A stretch of DNA of 64,000 nt, taken from Tubulanus polymorphus (Eukaryota; Animalia; Nemertea). Below the pieces are notes generated by a model that was given only the letters and a program-made list of their open reading frames with translations, had not been told where the DNA came from and did no database searches. Location of the stretch: NCBI RefSeq assembly GCF_964204645.1, contig NC_134029.1, positions 682,001-746,000 on the forward strand, written 5' to 3'. Below are positions 24,795-39,435 of this stretch, piece by piece. The position numbers and the translations under genes are program-made. The stretch's first letter is position 1. The number at the start of each line of letters is the position of its first letter.

Positions 24795-25701
24795 AATCTA
24801 AACATCACCCTCTTCTATAGAATCTAAACATCACCCTCTTCTATAGAATCTAAACATCATCCTCTTCTATAGAATCTAAACATCACCCTCTTCTATAGAA
24901 TCTAAACATCACCCTCTTCTATAGAATCTAAACATCACCCTCTTCTATAGAATCTAAACATCACCCTCTTCTATAGAATCTAAACATCACCCTCTTCTAT
25001 AGAATCTAAACATCACCCTCTTCTATAGAATCTAAACATCACCCTCTTCTATAGAATCTAAACATCACCCTCTTCTATAGAATCTAAACATCACCCTCTT
25101 CTATAGAATCTAAACATCACCCTCTTCTATAGAATCTAAACATCACCCTCTTCTATAGAATCTAAACATCACCCTCTTCTATAGAATCTAAACATCACCC
25201 TCTTCTATAGAATCTAAACATCACCCTCTTCTATAGAATCTAAACATCACCCTCTTCTATAGAATCTAAACATCACCCTCTTCTATAGAATCTAAACATC
25301 ACCCTCTTCTATAGAATCTAAACATCACCCTCTTCTATAGAATCTAAACATCACCCTCTTCTATAGAATCTAAACATCACCCTCTTCTATAGAATCTAAA
25401 CATCACCCTCTTCTATAGAATCTAAACATCACCCTCTTCTATAGAATCTAAACATCACCCTCTTCTATAGAATCTAAACATCACCCTCTTCTATAGAATC
25501 TAAACATCACCCTCTTCTATAGAATCTAAACATCACCCTCTTCTATAGAATCTAAACATCACCCTCTTCTATAGAATCTAAACATCACCCTCTTCTATAG
25601 AATCTAAACATCACCCTCTTCTATAGAATCTAAACATCACCCTCTTCTATAGAATCTAAACATCACCCTCTTCTATAGAATCTAAACATCACCCTCTTCT
25701 A
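24795..25701. repeat. 26-bp tandem array, ~35 copies, nearly invariant
   Basis: Unit aatctaaacatcaccctcttctatag. I saw one variant (copy 3, catcatcctc). No spacers. Confidence 0.98.
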
Positions 25702-26845
25702 AGCAGTATTTTTGTCTTCACATTTAGTGGTTTGGTTAACACGCCTCCTCCACAATAACTCTATTATCCATCTTTATGAAATGTATTCAAATTTCATTTG
25801 TATTTGCCGCCGCAGGTGCTGTTAGTATGAAATATTCCGTGTTTGGTATTTAGAAAGTTCAAGATGATTTCGATTGTTTTCCTCCCGTTAGAAATAGAAC
25901 ACGCGACTCGTTATTACAGTTTTAACTTACATTATACATTATAATGTCGTCGTTGATATTTGATAGGTACCTTCTGTAATTCAACAGTCGCCGATTATAA
26001 GTACAAAACACAAAATCATTTCATTCGGAGAAGATGAAATCAAGTTGTTTTATCTTAAAAATAGAATATATTTACTGGGTGCGGCGAAAAAAGTACAGTG
26101 ATTTCTATTAAGCAAAATAATAAATACATTTGCGAGTTGAATTCAAATCCCAGCGCAAAGAAATATCTTATTTTTCGGGTTTTTGACTCTGAGTCCAATC
26201 ATCATCAGAGCGATAATGAAGATATTTCATCAGATTTTGCATTTCTAATTCATCTATATATTGAGAGGAAACATCAGTCAGTCTACACTGCAGTCATACA
26301 GAGAACATTTACTTCAACTTCGGTTTGACGTTGATAATGAAATTATAAGTCCATTCCTGATGTTTTAGTCATACTCAAAATGTGCAAACGAGAACGATAT
26401 GAAACCGGATCCTACTGAGACCTAGAATTGAACTTTATTATTGAGTCAAATTCTGAACCCAAGTTTGAACTCGAAATGGATGCAGTTCATTTCCAATAGA
26501 ACGACAATTTTCATCGAATCCTGGCGAAAACTAGCAGTAAGGCTTCGAAACTGCCCCGGTAAGCGAGTAGTTGCTCAGCGCGTGCGTGGATAGGTATTTC
26601 ACATGGAAATACCGGAGACGCCCATTTAATGTTACGTAACCGCGGTAATCGTAAAATCTGAGATTGAGATAGAAATAATGACGCTATAAAGAAATTGAAG
26701 TTGATTGATATGTATATTATAACGCACGATCAGCTCGCATCATTAAAGAGATGATGTCAGTTGGGAAATAAAATTATTTCCTCGCTTTAGAAAATTGACT
26801 TTCTCTAAGCAATAACTATGTGGGTTGTATGACGGGCGCTCCGTT

Positions 26846-26902
26846 TGCTGCTGCTGCTGGTGCTGGTGCTGCTGGTGCTGGTGCTGGTGCTGCTGCTGCT
26901 GG

Positions 26903-26945
<43 letters not shown>

Positions 26946-26972
26946 ACTGCTGGTGCTGCTGCTGCTGGTGGT
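26846..26972. repeat. (CTG/GTG)n trinucleotide tract
   Basis: Read directly; produces the Ala/Gly and Cys/Trp ORFs. Confidence 0.95.
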
Positions 26973-29900
26973 GTAATTTTGAGTTCAAATTTCTTTGTGA
27001 ATTCTTCAGAATCTGCAATTGATTATCTATTATCTATTGAGAATAACACAGGGGCCGGTTGTGTCAGTTTTGAATTTAACCGCCCCTCTCGCAGACCAAT
27101 AGTATATGAATTACCGAGTTGACTCAATGATCCGTTGCGGTCAGGTATTGGTACTTACTTGCACAACGACAAAATGTCTCGAACCAGATCAGACAATGAC
27201 AAACACAATAGCGAATTAAGTCTTCATTTAATTCGATAATGCTGTAAATTCTAATCTAAGAGTTAATTCTGGTTTTGAAGGTGACACTTGTCTATACGAG
27301 ATGCTGGTGCCTGGGTGAGATACTCAGTTCTATCTGACTGCAGTCTAGTGTGACTGATCTCTCCACTGGAGTCCCGCCCAGTAATTACAGATAACATTCA
27401 CATGCTGACTATAAAATCCAACCCGTCAGCCCGTGTTGACAAGCACCCGTTAAAAATATAATGAATTCTCTATTTTTTCTTAAACATCGCATAAACATTG
27501 ACGACACCGGCCGGTCTTATTTTGATTAATATTTTTATAAGAAATATGTTAAAATTCGACCCTGTATTCATCAGAGTAACCAATACAACGATAGTTTATG
27601 ATACTTAGGTATATGTTACCGGAATATTGAAATATCGAACGACCGATGTTTGTGACAAGTTTCAGAGATAAGCAACTGATAAGATACGATATACCCTAGA
27701 GCAGGGAATTGCTGCATTATCAATGTGATGACTGAAAGAGTGAGAGAGATGGTCGTTTATTCAGACGTATCGAATATCACCTTCAGGGCTGTTGTATATG
27801 TACTGGTATTGCTGCTCTTCTGGAAGGTCGCTTCCCTGATATCAGTAGGGAAGTATTAGTTAATACATCCACGATATGAGTAAATACTACTGTGTCACTA
27901 CGAATGCTCTTGTATATTTACTTTGTATCGTTAACCTGCGGAAAACTGCGGATAAAACGACTCGCATCATTCCCGTCAATCTCAGCTGAATACTGTTATT
28001 TTGTAACGACGACGCCTTCGGTGTCAAAAACTGTGATTCCCGTGAAATCTCTAACGGGTCAGAGCTGCGCGGTCAAAGATTTATATGTCAGCTCTATTTA
28101 AATTATGCGCCAATCTAATGGCTTAAGACTATGTTAAAACCAAATTTTGGACTGTTCAATCGGAATCTGGAATCCTCAAGAGTCTACATCGTATGATACG
28201 CAAAAGACTGAATGAATATTCAGATTCTCTGTGGTTTATATAACAAAATACACTCGATACATTTTTAGAATCCCTTTTATCAGGTGTGGTTTTAGAGACG
28301 GCGCATCTTCGAGATCAAAAGCTTGACGTCGATTTTGCTATTGATTAAGGCAGAAAAAATGGATATACATTAAACAGTCTGTGGATACACCTCCCAGTCC
28401 AGCATCCACACCCAAAACACGCGACATAAAACATATCTTTGATAATCGAGGTAGTGCTATTAAAGTATTGTATTCCAACAGTCGCAAAATGGTTGATTTT
28501 TTTCTATTATTTTGATAAAGTGCGAAATGATCGATCGCATCAGAAGGCACTGAGACTTTATTTAGATCGTTGACTAAAGTGATTGAAGGGTGCCTCCCAC
28601 CAAAAGGATCTGTAGCGCAAAAAGACACATACCCTCAAACTATGTATTACAAACCGAATAAATTCACGGTAAAAACATCATGACTTTTTAGATGATTTGT
28701 GGATCTCCAAAATCAAGGCCAAAGTTGCCATTATCACTGGTTAAATTGGTAGATGTTCAATATTAAAGGAATGAAATATTATGAATATGATACTCGATTG
28801 TCAGATTTAAACTTGTAACTATTATTTCGGGTTCAGAAATTGATATCCTATTCTAATTAAAACGGTTATTAATAGACCACGAACCTCGGTGTTCTATTTA
28901 TATTATTATGGATTCGCCTGTAATCATCACCCGGGGCTCAATACATTATTAATTTGTAAATTAATTCTCCTAGCGCGAATAGAGAGAAGAGAGAAAGGAG
29001 AGAGAGAGGAGAGAGGGGAGAGAAGCGGTCGAGATTGAACAGATTAAAGACATTACGTGCACCGCTGTAAGATAATCCCTGGGCGTTTAATTCCAGCCAC
29101 GAGATGTCGGTTCAATGATGATTCAAAGTACGCCAGCTTTAAACTCTAACGATTCTAACGGTTCTAACAGTTTTCTCAGTTCAAATTTGGCACTTACAGA
29201 TTAAACACAGCTTGGCGCTACAGTTTAAAAATTGGAATCGAACTCATGTATGTAAAGTCAAACCAGCTGTTCACACTTTATACTTGTTAAAAGGTTGATT
29301 ATATTCAACCATGGACATATAAACTACATAGTTCATAGTGTCCTTGATTTAATACAAGGCCTAGATCCAAGTTGTTGGGTTGAATGCGGATCTAGAGTCA
29401 TCAAAACTCGATCGATAATTTTTGAACAAGTTCAAAATCTAACCGGAAACGATGGATCTAGGACCGGCTATGTCACGTGGTTGTTTGTCTGCTTTTATCA
29501 TCGTAAAGACCTGATATCTGATTTGAGTAGAAGTTTCTTATTTCGTTTAAATGTTGGTTCATTTGTTAAATGCCTGCAGTCATTAACGGCGACAAGTTGG
29601 TGACGTGTAGAATACTCGCTAACGTGTGCTCCGTGTATTTAAAACCCTAGGGGTAAGAATAGAAGGCGTTCGCTTCACAAATCGCGTGAAACCACGTTCA
29701 GATCTCTTTGAAATGTAAACTTCTCATCATTAATTAATACGAATTCAATTCAGACCCAGAAGCAAATCAAGAGTCGACTTCATTAGATAGAATAAAAAAC
29801 CGTGTTCGTTCGGTAAAAACATCGATTGGCTGAAGGGTAGAATATATTCTAGATTGATTACTATGGACGCCGGTTACAGAGACACCGACAATAATCATGA

Positions 29901-32900
29901 AAACTTCCCCTGACGTCTCGTTTCAGTTGATCATGTTTGAAATATTCATGTTCGGTTTGGTGGTTAATGATGTCCACTGCGCCACTATTACCGCTTCCAA
30001 CATCAAGGTTTTTAATTACAGTAGGAAGTCACGTGTCGAGTCCGTAATCAAAGATATCTGACTTCCGAGTTCCGGAGTCTAATCGGCTCCATGGTCAGCT
30101 GGACGCTATGTTTGCCATATGGTATTATTGTCTCATAATTGAGGTAAAGATTCTCGATGTGAAGTGGTTCGTTGTGTGAATGCGAATTCTAATTCCGTCC
30201 ATCCTTGAATTATACATGGATTAACAATCATGCAACAACCTTATACAGTTTAATGATCGTAAAATATCGAGTGTTATTTGTAGGGGTCTCGCTGAAGGCA
30301 TCGGCTTACGCGGTAGTCATTTACCCGCGGGTTTAAATGTCTACTTGAAGTTTACATCTGTTTAAAGCTTTGAGTCTTCCGTAAAGTGTCGTAATTCGAG
30401 ACGCCCCAAGAGTCAGACATCTTCACATTTCAATGAAATTAAACACACAATTTACTGAATGAAATTCTTCGTTTGTGTTTCAAGTGAAATTGTTGAACTC
30501 GAGTTTAATCGTTTCACCTGTTATTACTGCTTCGTCATACTCAAGTGGATCCGTAGTAGACATTTCATGTTCTCTGAATTTGGAATCAACTTTTCTCTCC
30601 GCTAAAAATAACTATAAAAACTATGATTAAAAGCAAATAAAATCTCTCGATGAAAATCGTAAAATCAGGATTCGAACCGTTAGATTTGTAATCGTTACAC
30701 CTGTGACGTTATAGTTTCATAAAATCTCTATTTTTTCTATCAAAAAAGGTTTTTAGGCGTTAAATTTCTAAAAATAAAATATGATATACATGAAAACACG
30801 GGATGTGGAAGAAACAACGGTACATGACAATTCAGAGCTATCTACATTTTATGAATATTTGGATATTTTTAAGTTAAGTTCGAGTATATAATTACATTTC
30901 ATACAAAAGAAAGATAATCATAAATTACTTATTGTTTACGACACAGACTATAAGTTTGATTTTGAATAAATGTATGTTGAAAAATAATTTTCGATGCATA
31001 AGAAACTTTGAATACGGGAGACATTGAATATATAAATTTCTAAGAGGGCCAAGAAGGCCGCAGACACGAACACAGCCAGAAAGTGAGGGCAGATTAACAA
31101 TGAGGCGACAGATTTCACTTTGAATTATAATTTTTAAGTTGAACAGATGCGACCATATTTAATCATACTACTTACAGTCGATTCATTGTGTCGACACTTT
31201 TCTCTTTTCTCATTTTTCCCGTCTCGATGTTGGCGGTTTTTTAAAAGACTCCGCGAGTCTTAATCATCTTAATCTCTGGATATTATTCCTGCTCATCGAA
31301 CCGGTTCAACATTGACAGATCACACGAAAACCTTTTATGATCAAAATCACGCCAAATGGAAATGTTTTGTGCGCAGAAATCGGAGATGGAGTCGGAGCTG
31401 AGAAAGCGTCGTCTTATCAAATACCCATCATAGGAAATTATACTCAGTCATTTATCAATTGTTTTCGCTGAGTTCCTCAGATCACAGTTCATTTCATCAG
31501 CGCATGACGTGGAAATCACTAATTCCGCAGCAAGGACGGATTAGGGGAAGCCCAGGGAGCCGCCTCCCTAGTTCAACACTTTCACAACCTGGCTAAAAAA
31601 CTAACAGAACATGAGAACGCCAAAAAATGTTTCGCTCGCTCGCCATGTACCATCTACATTTTATAATAGGTCTAGGAAGTTCTGCCTCCTCCAATTCTAA
31701 ATTCCAGCAGCCATCCCGGTCCAGTATCGCTGACACCGTGAGGACTCAGGCAGTCGTCCACAATCAAAGAAAAATATCAGGTTCCTAAATCGCTCGGCCA
31801 GTAGATGAGATAAAGAGTCATTTACATCAGAAAGAATTCTACTCTATCCTTGTGTCATGAATTTTATCTGACCCCAACCGGAACCAAACTATTCAGCTGC
31901 AGACGATCCTAACATGCATCACTTAAAGCTCATACTGTTTCTATCTCCCACGAGATTCTTGTCAATTGATTTTAGCTGTTCTATAGCTTCACGATGCGGC
32001 GGGGGGGGGGGGGTAGAAATGTAAACTCTCTCCCTTTCCCTCTCTCTCTCCCTCTCTCCGAGTCGTCAGGTTGTTAAGTTGGAGGCCAGTATGAAGGCTA
32101 TGTGATGTCTATGATGGGAATACGCGGACAGATTGTATGATACACCTGGGAACATTATTAGTGCGGTGTGTTGTACGTGTTGACTAGACGACCCTGTGTA
32201 CGTGTCTAACGGACATACCCCCCGTATAAATAATTAACAGTAGTTTTCTGTATTCGGTGCCTAATCAGACAAACGCCGCATTACCGAACTCTGATCAGAC
32301 ACTGTCACGTAACTCGACAGTCAACGCTGACGTACGAGCCATAGCGAGTGAAAGTTGAATTCGGTTTGCGGTATTTGAGGAATTTTAATTAGGTTTTTTC
32401 GCTACTGCAGATGTTCGTATACTCTTTACGCACACGTGGACTCCCGAAGTCTGATCGATGATCTGAGATAATCTTCAGTCACGTGTTTCCGTTTTTCAAA
32501 CACTACCGATGATGTCTTTTCCGTTTAACGGTTTTTCTGCCGATGCTGATATCGTGAGTCATATATAGCGCCTGTTTGAGACAGTCTCTGGCACGTACGG
32601 ACCCTGTCTTTAGCCCACTGTTGTTTCTATACATGAACCAGCTATAAACGACCAGTATGATTTACAGCTATACGCATAATCATGATTTCAATGAACTCAA
32701 AAACTTTAAAGAGTTTTTTACAACTTCGAAACAGGAATGACAGGAATGCCTATGTTGCCCTGTGAACCATTGTGGCGCTTTCATGACCAAAGAATTGTAT
32801 ATCAACATATTCAATTATACTTTTTTATTATACTCAAAGTAATTTCTATCGGCAATTCGTTTGTTGATTTTTCCTTACATGACTTTGAATTTCTTTTTCA

Positions 32901-33220
32901 TCAATTAAACGACAAACTTCAAACCTTTAAACGCGTCACGGTCGACCAATCAAACCGTGGATTAGAGAACTCTAGCGAGTAACCGTCCATTTCATATTCA
33001 TTTCTATAATATTTTATAATAGTTTAATGATTTTAACGTTTTTGTAATATTTTATTCGTATCTTACTGCGTAAATTGTAGTTTTCATGTAACGTGTTTAT
33101 GTAATATTAAAGTAAGAAACAAGTAAATATAGAAAGTGATGTGATGTTTTGAACTCTCTTTACACTTGTATATCGATGGGGAATGGGAATGCCTACGTGC
33201 CCCAAATTATACTTTCAAGT

Positions 33221-33377
<157 letters not shown>

Positions 33378-36300
33378 ATAATTTATCTGTATTTGTATTT
33401 TGTGAGTGTAAAGAAATAAAGAATCGGAAGGTAATAATCGATTTGACGATGATAGAGAAACTTTTCATTTCTAGACCGTCAAAGCGACTGTCTGTCTCTG
33501 CGTCTCTATTTCTGATCAAAAGAAAACCGAAATCTATGTATCGATAATCATATGATCGTTCAATTTGACTATTTAAAACTGCCGACAATTCCTACACTGA
33601 ATAATAAAAGATTTATCTCGTCTCCACCCATAGACCTGGCGACGGAAAAACGAGCTCGAACAGAAAGCTAAAATTGCTCTGACACACATTCGAAACATGA
33701 GAAAATCCGCGGTTAAAAAACCTGACAATAGATCGTCTACAATGCGTATACTTAACTCCATGGCTGGCCTTTTATTGTGATTTTGCGTGATTTGACGCGG
33801 TGTTATTTTACTTGAAAATTACACGTGATAAAAAAATAGCCGAGTGAAAGTCGTGGTTTATTCATTCTCACTATAGAAGCTACTGGGTATAGTGTGTGTA
33901 TATAGTGTTTGTGTCTCGACCCGGAGAGAGAAAGTGAAGCCGGTATTTATACCAGTCGCAGCTGATTACTGAAAATTACCCTTTATTTGGATAATAAAAT
34001 GTCGCTACCCGATCAGGTAATGGGAGTTTGTCGTGTTAAACAGAGAACCAGTCAGTAAGTAATAGTAGAACCAGAGACTGAGAGAGTGTGGCGTATTTTC
34101 ATTGCTGTCATTCATTTAAGTGTCAGGACTGAAACCTCGCCGATAAATGCAACTTGAAACGATGATAATTGATGGAATTTTGTCAAGATCAGGTAATGTC
34201 AGGATTTGAATTGAGCTTCTGAAATTTGGGATTTAGAATCTAAAACTTAACCGAAAATGATTTCGACAAAGTTTCGTAATTCGAATCACTTGAAACTGGC
34301 GAAAATATCATTGAATTTTGGTTTTTGTTCATCGATTTTATAAAGAAATACGCATTTTTGAAAAGCGATGACTGAGGTTAGAGTCGTTTCGGCTGTCGCG
34401 AGACTGAGTTCTTGTTTTCTCAGTCGACGCAGCCTCGAGGGCATCTCATCTGGCAATCTGCGAATGACTGCAATTTTTTCGTGACCTTTTTTTCTAACCA
34501 TAAACACGAATTGAGATGTGACTTTATAAATCTCGACCTTTCATAGAAAGACCAGATGTTTATCCACATTGTACCAGATGCACAAGACGATGCCGGATGC
34601 CCCGGGCTTAAATCCACTTTGCACCGATGTTCACGCACAAGAGGCAGCGGAACACATCCATTTACAATAAGCCACTCGCTGTCTTCAAGCAAAATCTGCT
34701 CCACATCCATTCTTAGAACGGTTTAACCCTGACAAGGATTGAAAGGTCACCGGCTATTGTTAGAATTCTAATACGCGGGATTGGACCGTTTAGGATAAGA
34801 ATAGCGAGTATTTTGAGGTTTCCAAAAACTGACATAGATTACAAATATTTCTATAAATCTATCAATCTTTGAGTCCGATTTAAACAATAATCTACAGCTG
34901 TGTGGAACTGGATGCACAAACTAGGAACCCGATTTTTGTTATTTTTGTAACGTAAAATTGGATTGTTTTGTCTAACAACATATTCACCCACTAGCTGTGT
35001 GTATAGCTGTTTGTTAGTCATATCTCTTACCTTTCTTTAGTTGTCGGATTCAGTTTAGGCTTTTATACAGTCAAAAACGGGTCTGAATAAAGTCAAACCA
35101 AGAGCCAACTGCCTCGAGTTAGTTTGTATTCATCATCAAGTAAGAAAAAGATGCTTTATACCTCAAAATCTATCTCGAACCGATATCTATTATAATAGAC
35201 GCGTATCTGGTATTATATAGTCTGTGTATGCCGTCTCTGCTCCGCGTAGACACACACACAGATTAGAGGACATGTTTTAATGCATCATAATCTTTTGACC
35301 GTCGGAAATATTTTCTAAGGACAATAGAGTTTTTATCCGTATCTAATCCGCATTATATTCTCACATGACGGATCTAGATTGAGATTTTAATGCGTTGATA
35401 TTTTTTTCCTTTAGAACCTAATTCTGTATTCATCCCTGTCCGTACTGAATACTAAATCGAGCTGCTTCGGATTTGGAATTTTCTTTTCGGGTGGAATTTT
35501 CAGAATTTAATTCGTCTTCAATTTACCAGGATGATAAATACATCATATATTACTAAAGGAAACATTTCACTTCCATATGATCTGCGTATAATTCAATGGG
35601 AAAAGTCCCTTTCGATTTGAAGAATTAACTCAGCAGTATTTCGACTAATTGTCATCCTATAGTCTCCTTCTCAACCAAAACGTCAAATAAATTAGCTCAA
35701 TGAAACATTTCAGATTTTTTTCTTTGTTATCGTAGGATTTTATCAGATCTTTATCGTTATACATCACGGACATATCGATGGTTATAGAGTTGTAGAATAT
35801 AGTATAGTGACCCTCTGTTGTGTATAACAGATATTCAGTTTGTTCGAGTCAGTCTAAGTGAATCGATGAATCAGTGAATTTTTATGCTTCTCGTTGTACA
35901 GATATTATGAATATTTTACGGTTTAATAATAAGTGCAGATTTGATGCACGTCCGCAACTCATAATAATACATAATCTACATGAAAATAACTACTGGACAT
36001 AAAACTTTATTACGGCGCCGAATATTTTCAGGACTGAAATAATTTCTTCCTGGTTTCATCATCTTCGTGAGTTCCTTTATCGTGACGTGAATGTTTGATC
36101 GATAATTACACAACACGATGTCTCCATTCATTAGGATTCTGATTTTATCAACGGTTTCTGTACTGAAAACATTCGTTGTAACTTCGTTCGACAGTAAAAC
36201 AAATATTGAGTCGTTCATGTAACACAAAATATGATTTCAATACATAATAACAATAATGATTTAGTGATCTATAGATTTAGGAAGGTTACATTATGGAGGT

Positions 36301-36429
36301 TTAAACACTGCTTTCAGGAATTTATATAGTTTCACCAGCATTTTTGGGAATTACATAGTTAATAGAACGATGACCACACCCAAACGTGGTGAACGGATAA
36401 TAAGATAAAATCCCACTATTTACAGATTA

Positions 36430-36520
36430 AAAGAATTTAAAAACCAGAATTTATTTATTCAACCAAAAATATATAAAAGACACGACGTTTCGATCTCACC
36501 CTAGAGATCATCGTCAGGTG
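36430..36520 (-). mobile_element. Probable Penelope-like element terminus with a hammerhead-ribozyme-like core
   Basis: Minus strand reads CTGACGA-T-GATCTC-tagggt-GAGATC-GAAAC-gtcgt-GTC, followed by a T-rich tail with AATAAA. Confidence 0.55.
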
Positions 36521-39044
36521 TTACGAGAGACCGAACAGACCGGACGGTTTGAGATGATTTCTGACCTAAGCGAACTGTTGATACAATTCAAATAATCCGA
36601 GTTCAAGAAAATAGATGATAAATAGGAACTGTTATTGCTAAGAGATTGGTTCATATTTCAAGCGTCGAAGTTGTCATAGAATCGTCACAGATACCTGAAC
36701 AATGACCATCTCCCTTCGCGCTCCTGAAACTTTGTTTCTAATTCTGACTAAACCTCCTCATTCTGTAACTTATACATCAAATTTCACTTTAAACCGATCC
36801 GGAATCAATAATGCGCCACAGCGAGTTTTTCATTGCACTTTCCGCCGACGTGTCCTGCCGTTTTTAATACGACTTTGATTGAACTTTGGATAATTGATGA
36901 GGGAAGAGAATAGTTGAGCTTTAGACATCCGAAAAAATCATCACCGAGCGATATCTCAAGGCTGTCGGATGAAAAGAGACATCGCGATTGACTATTCATT
37001 GGATAGCTTGCGCGTCTAGGTATCAATATTAAACAGATGTAGTCAGTGTGAGATCTGTTTAGGTTTGTTCTGCGGGGAATGAAACATTTGGCAATTTAAT
37101 CAGGTGTACGTAACGTTTTATTATTCGTACATAAAAAAAGAAAACGGCATGAAGCCGCTATTGTTTGGGGGGACAGGTTTTGTCGACGTAATAAAATGAT
37201 GGAAAACTACATAATACATGTCTATCGATTCTGTAATTTTCAAATATTATTTCAAATCTTCTCTAGAAATTATGAGCTTTCGTATGCGATGAGCAATATT
37301 TCAAGTTGAATAATTTTGAAGACGGTATCAATATTTGCATCCTCGGGATAGTGTTCCTTAGATTTGCCTTGAGACAATATGCGCGGTCATACCACATCAG
37401 TTGCTTATACCCAAAGTTACGAAGTTACCCAAAACCATGCCGCCTGCAGACTATGCAAACTGTATAAAGGCTTACTCCGTACACGAATCGCTATAAGACA
37501 GCGGCGCGGCTGTATCGGAGAGTAGAGGGTTAATATCGCATTGAGATACAGGATGCTGATGTAGTTATACGACGCGCAGACCCGCGACAACAGTCGTCAC
37601 TAATGACAAATCGAAATCAGAAAACGGGAAATTGAATTGACTTTAATAGAAAGACGATTTCGCATTAGAGATTTATATCTTATTCACTGCGGTGAAATCA
37701 TCCACGTTTTAGCTCCCTCTCTCCCGATACAGACAGACTTCAGTTGTCGATGATAATTTACTTCCAGTCAACCACCGATTTCTCTAACAAAACTAGAAGA
37801 AAACCGATAATGACAAAACTGCATTAGTGAACTTTTAATATTATTACAATTCAAGTTGAATTAATGCATCTTTCTTGTGTGAGTTTATTTTGGACTTTCT
37901 TTTTAAAGATTAACTTTTTCCATCGTACGTGAATATGCTTTTTAGAGACATTAGTCTTCGCCAATCCCTCGAGGGGCTCTCCCCAGAGGCAGTATAATAA
38001 TCAGGTGACAAAGTGCCATGAGATTCCTCGATTTTTTGTGGACGCTGAAACTAAGAAAGTCCATTTTCATTTTGCAATCCCTCCACTCGCTTAACGTCAC
38101 GTTTCTAGGACGATCGATGGTTTTTCCCTCGAATCAGGAAACCACTCAGGACGTTATTTTGTAGGCTCGATGTCCCTTTTCGCGAATAAAGGTGTCGATG
38201 CCAGAACTGAAGCTTTGACCAAGAAACGTTTGCCATCACGATTTTAGAGTCTTATCACGCAAAGGAATCATGGCCAGATTTTGGACGATCGAAAGTGTTT
38301 TGTTTTGCCAAATGAAATAGGATAATTCAAACAAGCGCTGTGTGTGGGGGAGATGTGTTGAGTTTCTTCTGCAAGTCGTTTTGTATTTCTCGCTCTGCAC
38401 TGAGAACCTTTTTCAGAACACTTTCAGTTCACACAGATAATTGACAGTAGAGGTTTTAGCGGCGTGACAATGAACGCTGGTTTCCTCGGATTGATATCAA
38501 AGCCCGAACACACACAAAACCAGTGATCAATAGAGATATAACAGTTACCGGTTCTTTCAACCGTATCAAAAACCACAGTTACTTTACACAGATTTTTACC
38601 ATCTCCTGTGGTTTCCTGTGTCCTTGATTGTGATTCCTAGACTTTTGGCTGCAAACCAAAAATAAAGCTAAGACTGGTCTTGCATTGTTAGATCGGTTAT
38701 AGATCGGTTATAGGACCAATTTGGACTAAGGCTTATACGCATTATTTGAATATCTATCTTCGGTTGAGTAATAGAAATGAATGACCTCCTCGTCCGGAAA
38801 ACATGCGCCATCCACGGGAACCGTGTCTCGGAGGTTAACAGAAAAGTCAGCTCAATTAATCACCGAATCACGTGATCTACGAGTAATTAAAGGTCTGATG
38901 TAAATACCAATCAAGTAAAAATCATCACCGCGCATGCGTCACGCAACAGATCATTGTCGGTTATAATTGGGAGCGCAGGATCGATAACGAGGCTACAGCG
39001 GAAGAAAATAGCGAGAATAATTATTCACCTGTGTTAGAATTAAT

Positions 39045-39435
39045 GGGAGAGATGTGGAGAGAAGAGAGAGGAAAGAGAGGAGAGAGAGAGGAGAGAGATG
39101 AGTGGGAGGAGAGAGAGAGGAGAGAGAGGAGAGAGGAGAGTGGGAGGGAGGGAGGAGAGAAGAGAGCGGGAGAGAGGAGAGAGAAGAGAGAGAAGAGAGC
39201 GGGAGAGAGGAGAGAGAAGAGAGAGAAGACAAAAGAGAGCGGGGAGTGAGAAAGAGAGGGGGAGAGAGAGAGGAGAGAGATGAGTGGGAGGAGAGAGAGA
39301 GGAGAGAGAGGAGAGAGGAGAGTGGGAGGGAGGGAGGAGAGAAGAGAGCGGGAGAGTGGAGAGAGAAGAGAAAAGAGAGCGGGGAGTGGGAAGAGAGGGG
39401 GAGAGAGAATAGAGAGAAAGGGAATGAGAGATGAG
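39045..39435. repeat. GA-rich polypurine tract with an internal ~100-bp duplication
   Basis: The block gagagatgagtgggaggagagagagagg...gagggagggaggagagaagagagcgggagag occurs near 39093 and again near 39275. Confidence 0.9.

Noticed and set aside
24795-25701. CRISPR-like array of 26-bp repeats
   Set aside because: Units are contiguous with no unique spacers, there are no cas genes, and the context is eukaryotic.
21604-27122. Poly-Cys, poly-Ala and Ala/Pro ORFs (21604, 21691, 23773, 23798, 26820, 26825)
   Set aside because: Products of trinucleotide microsatellites, with no convincing splice or domain context.
34420-34710. 96-aa minus-strand ORF (MDVEQILLEDSEW...) with a possible upstream acceptor
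   Set aside because: No recognisable domain or partner exons; cannot be distinguished from chance without expression or homology data.
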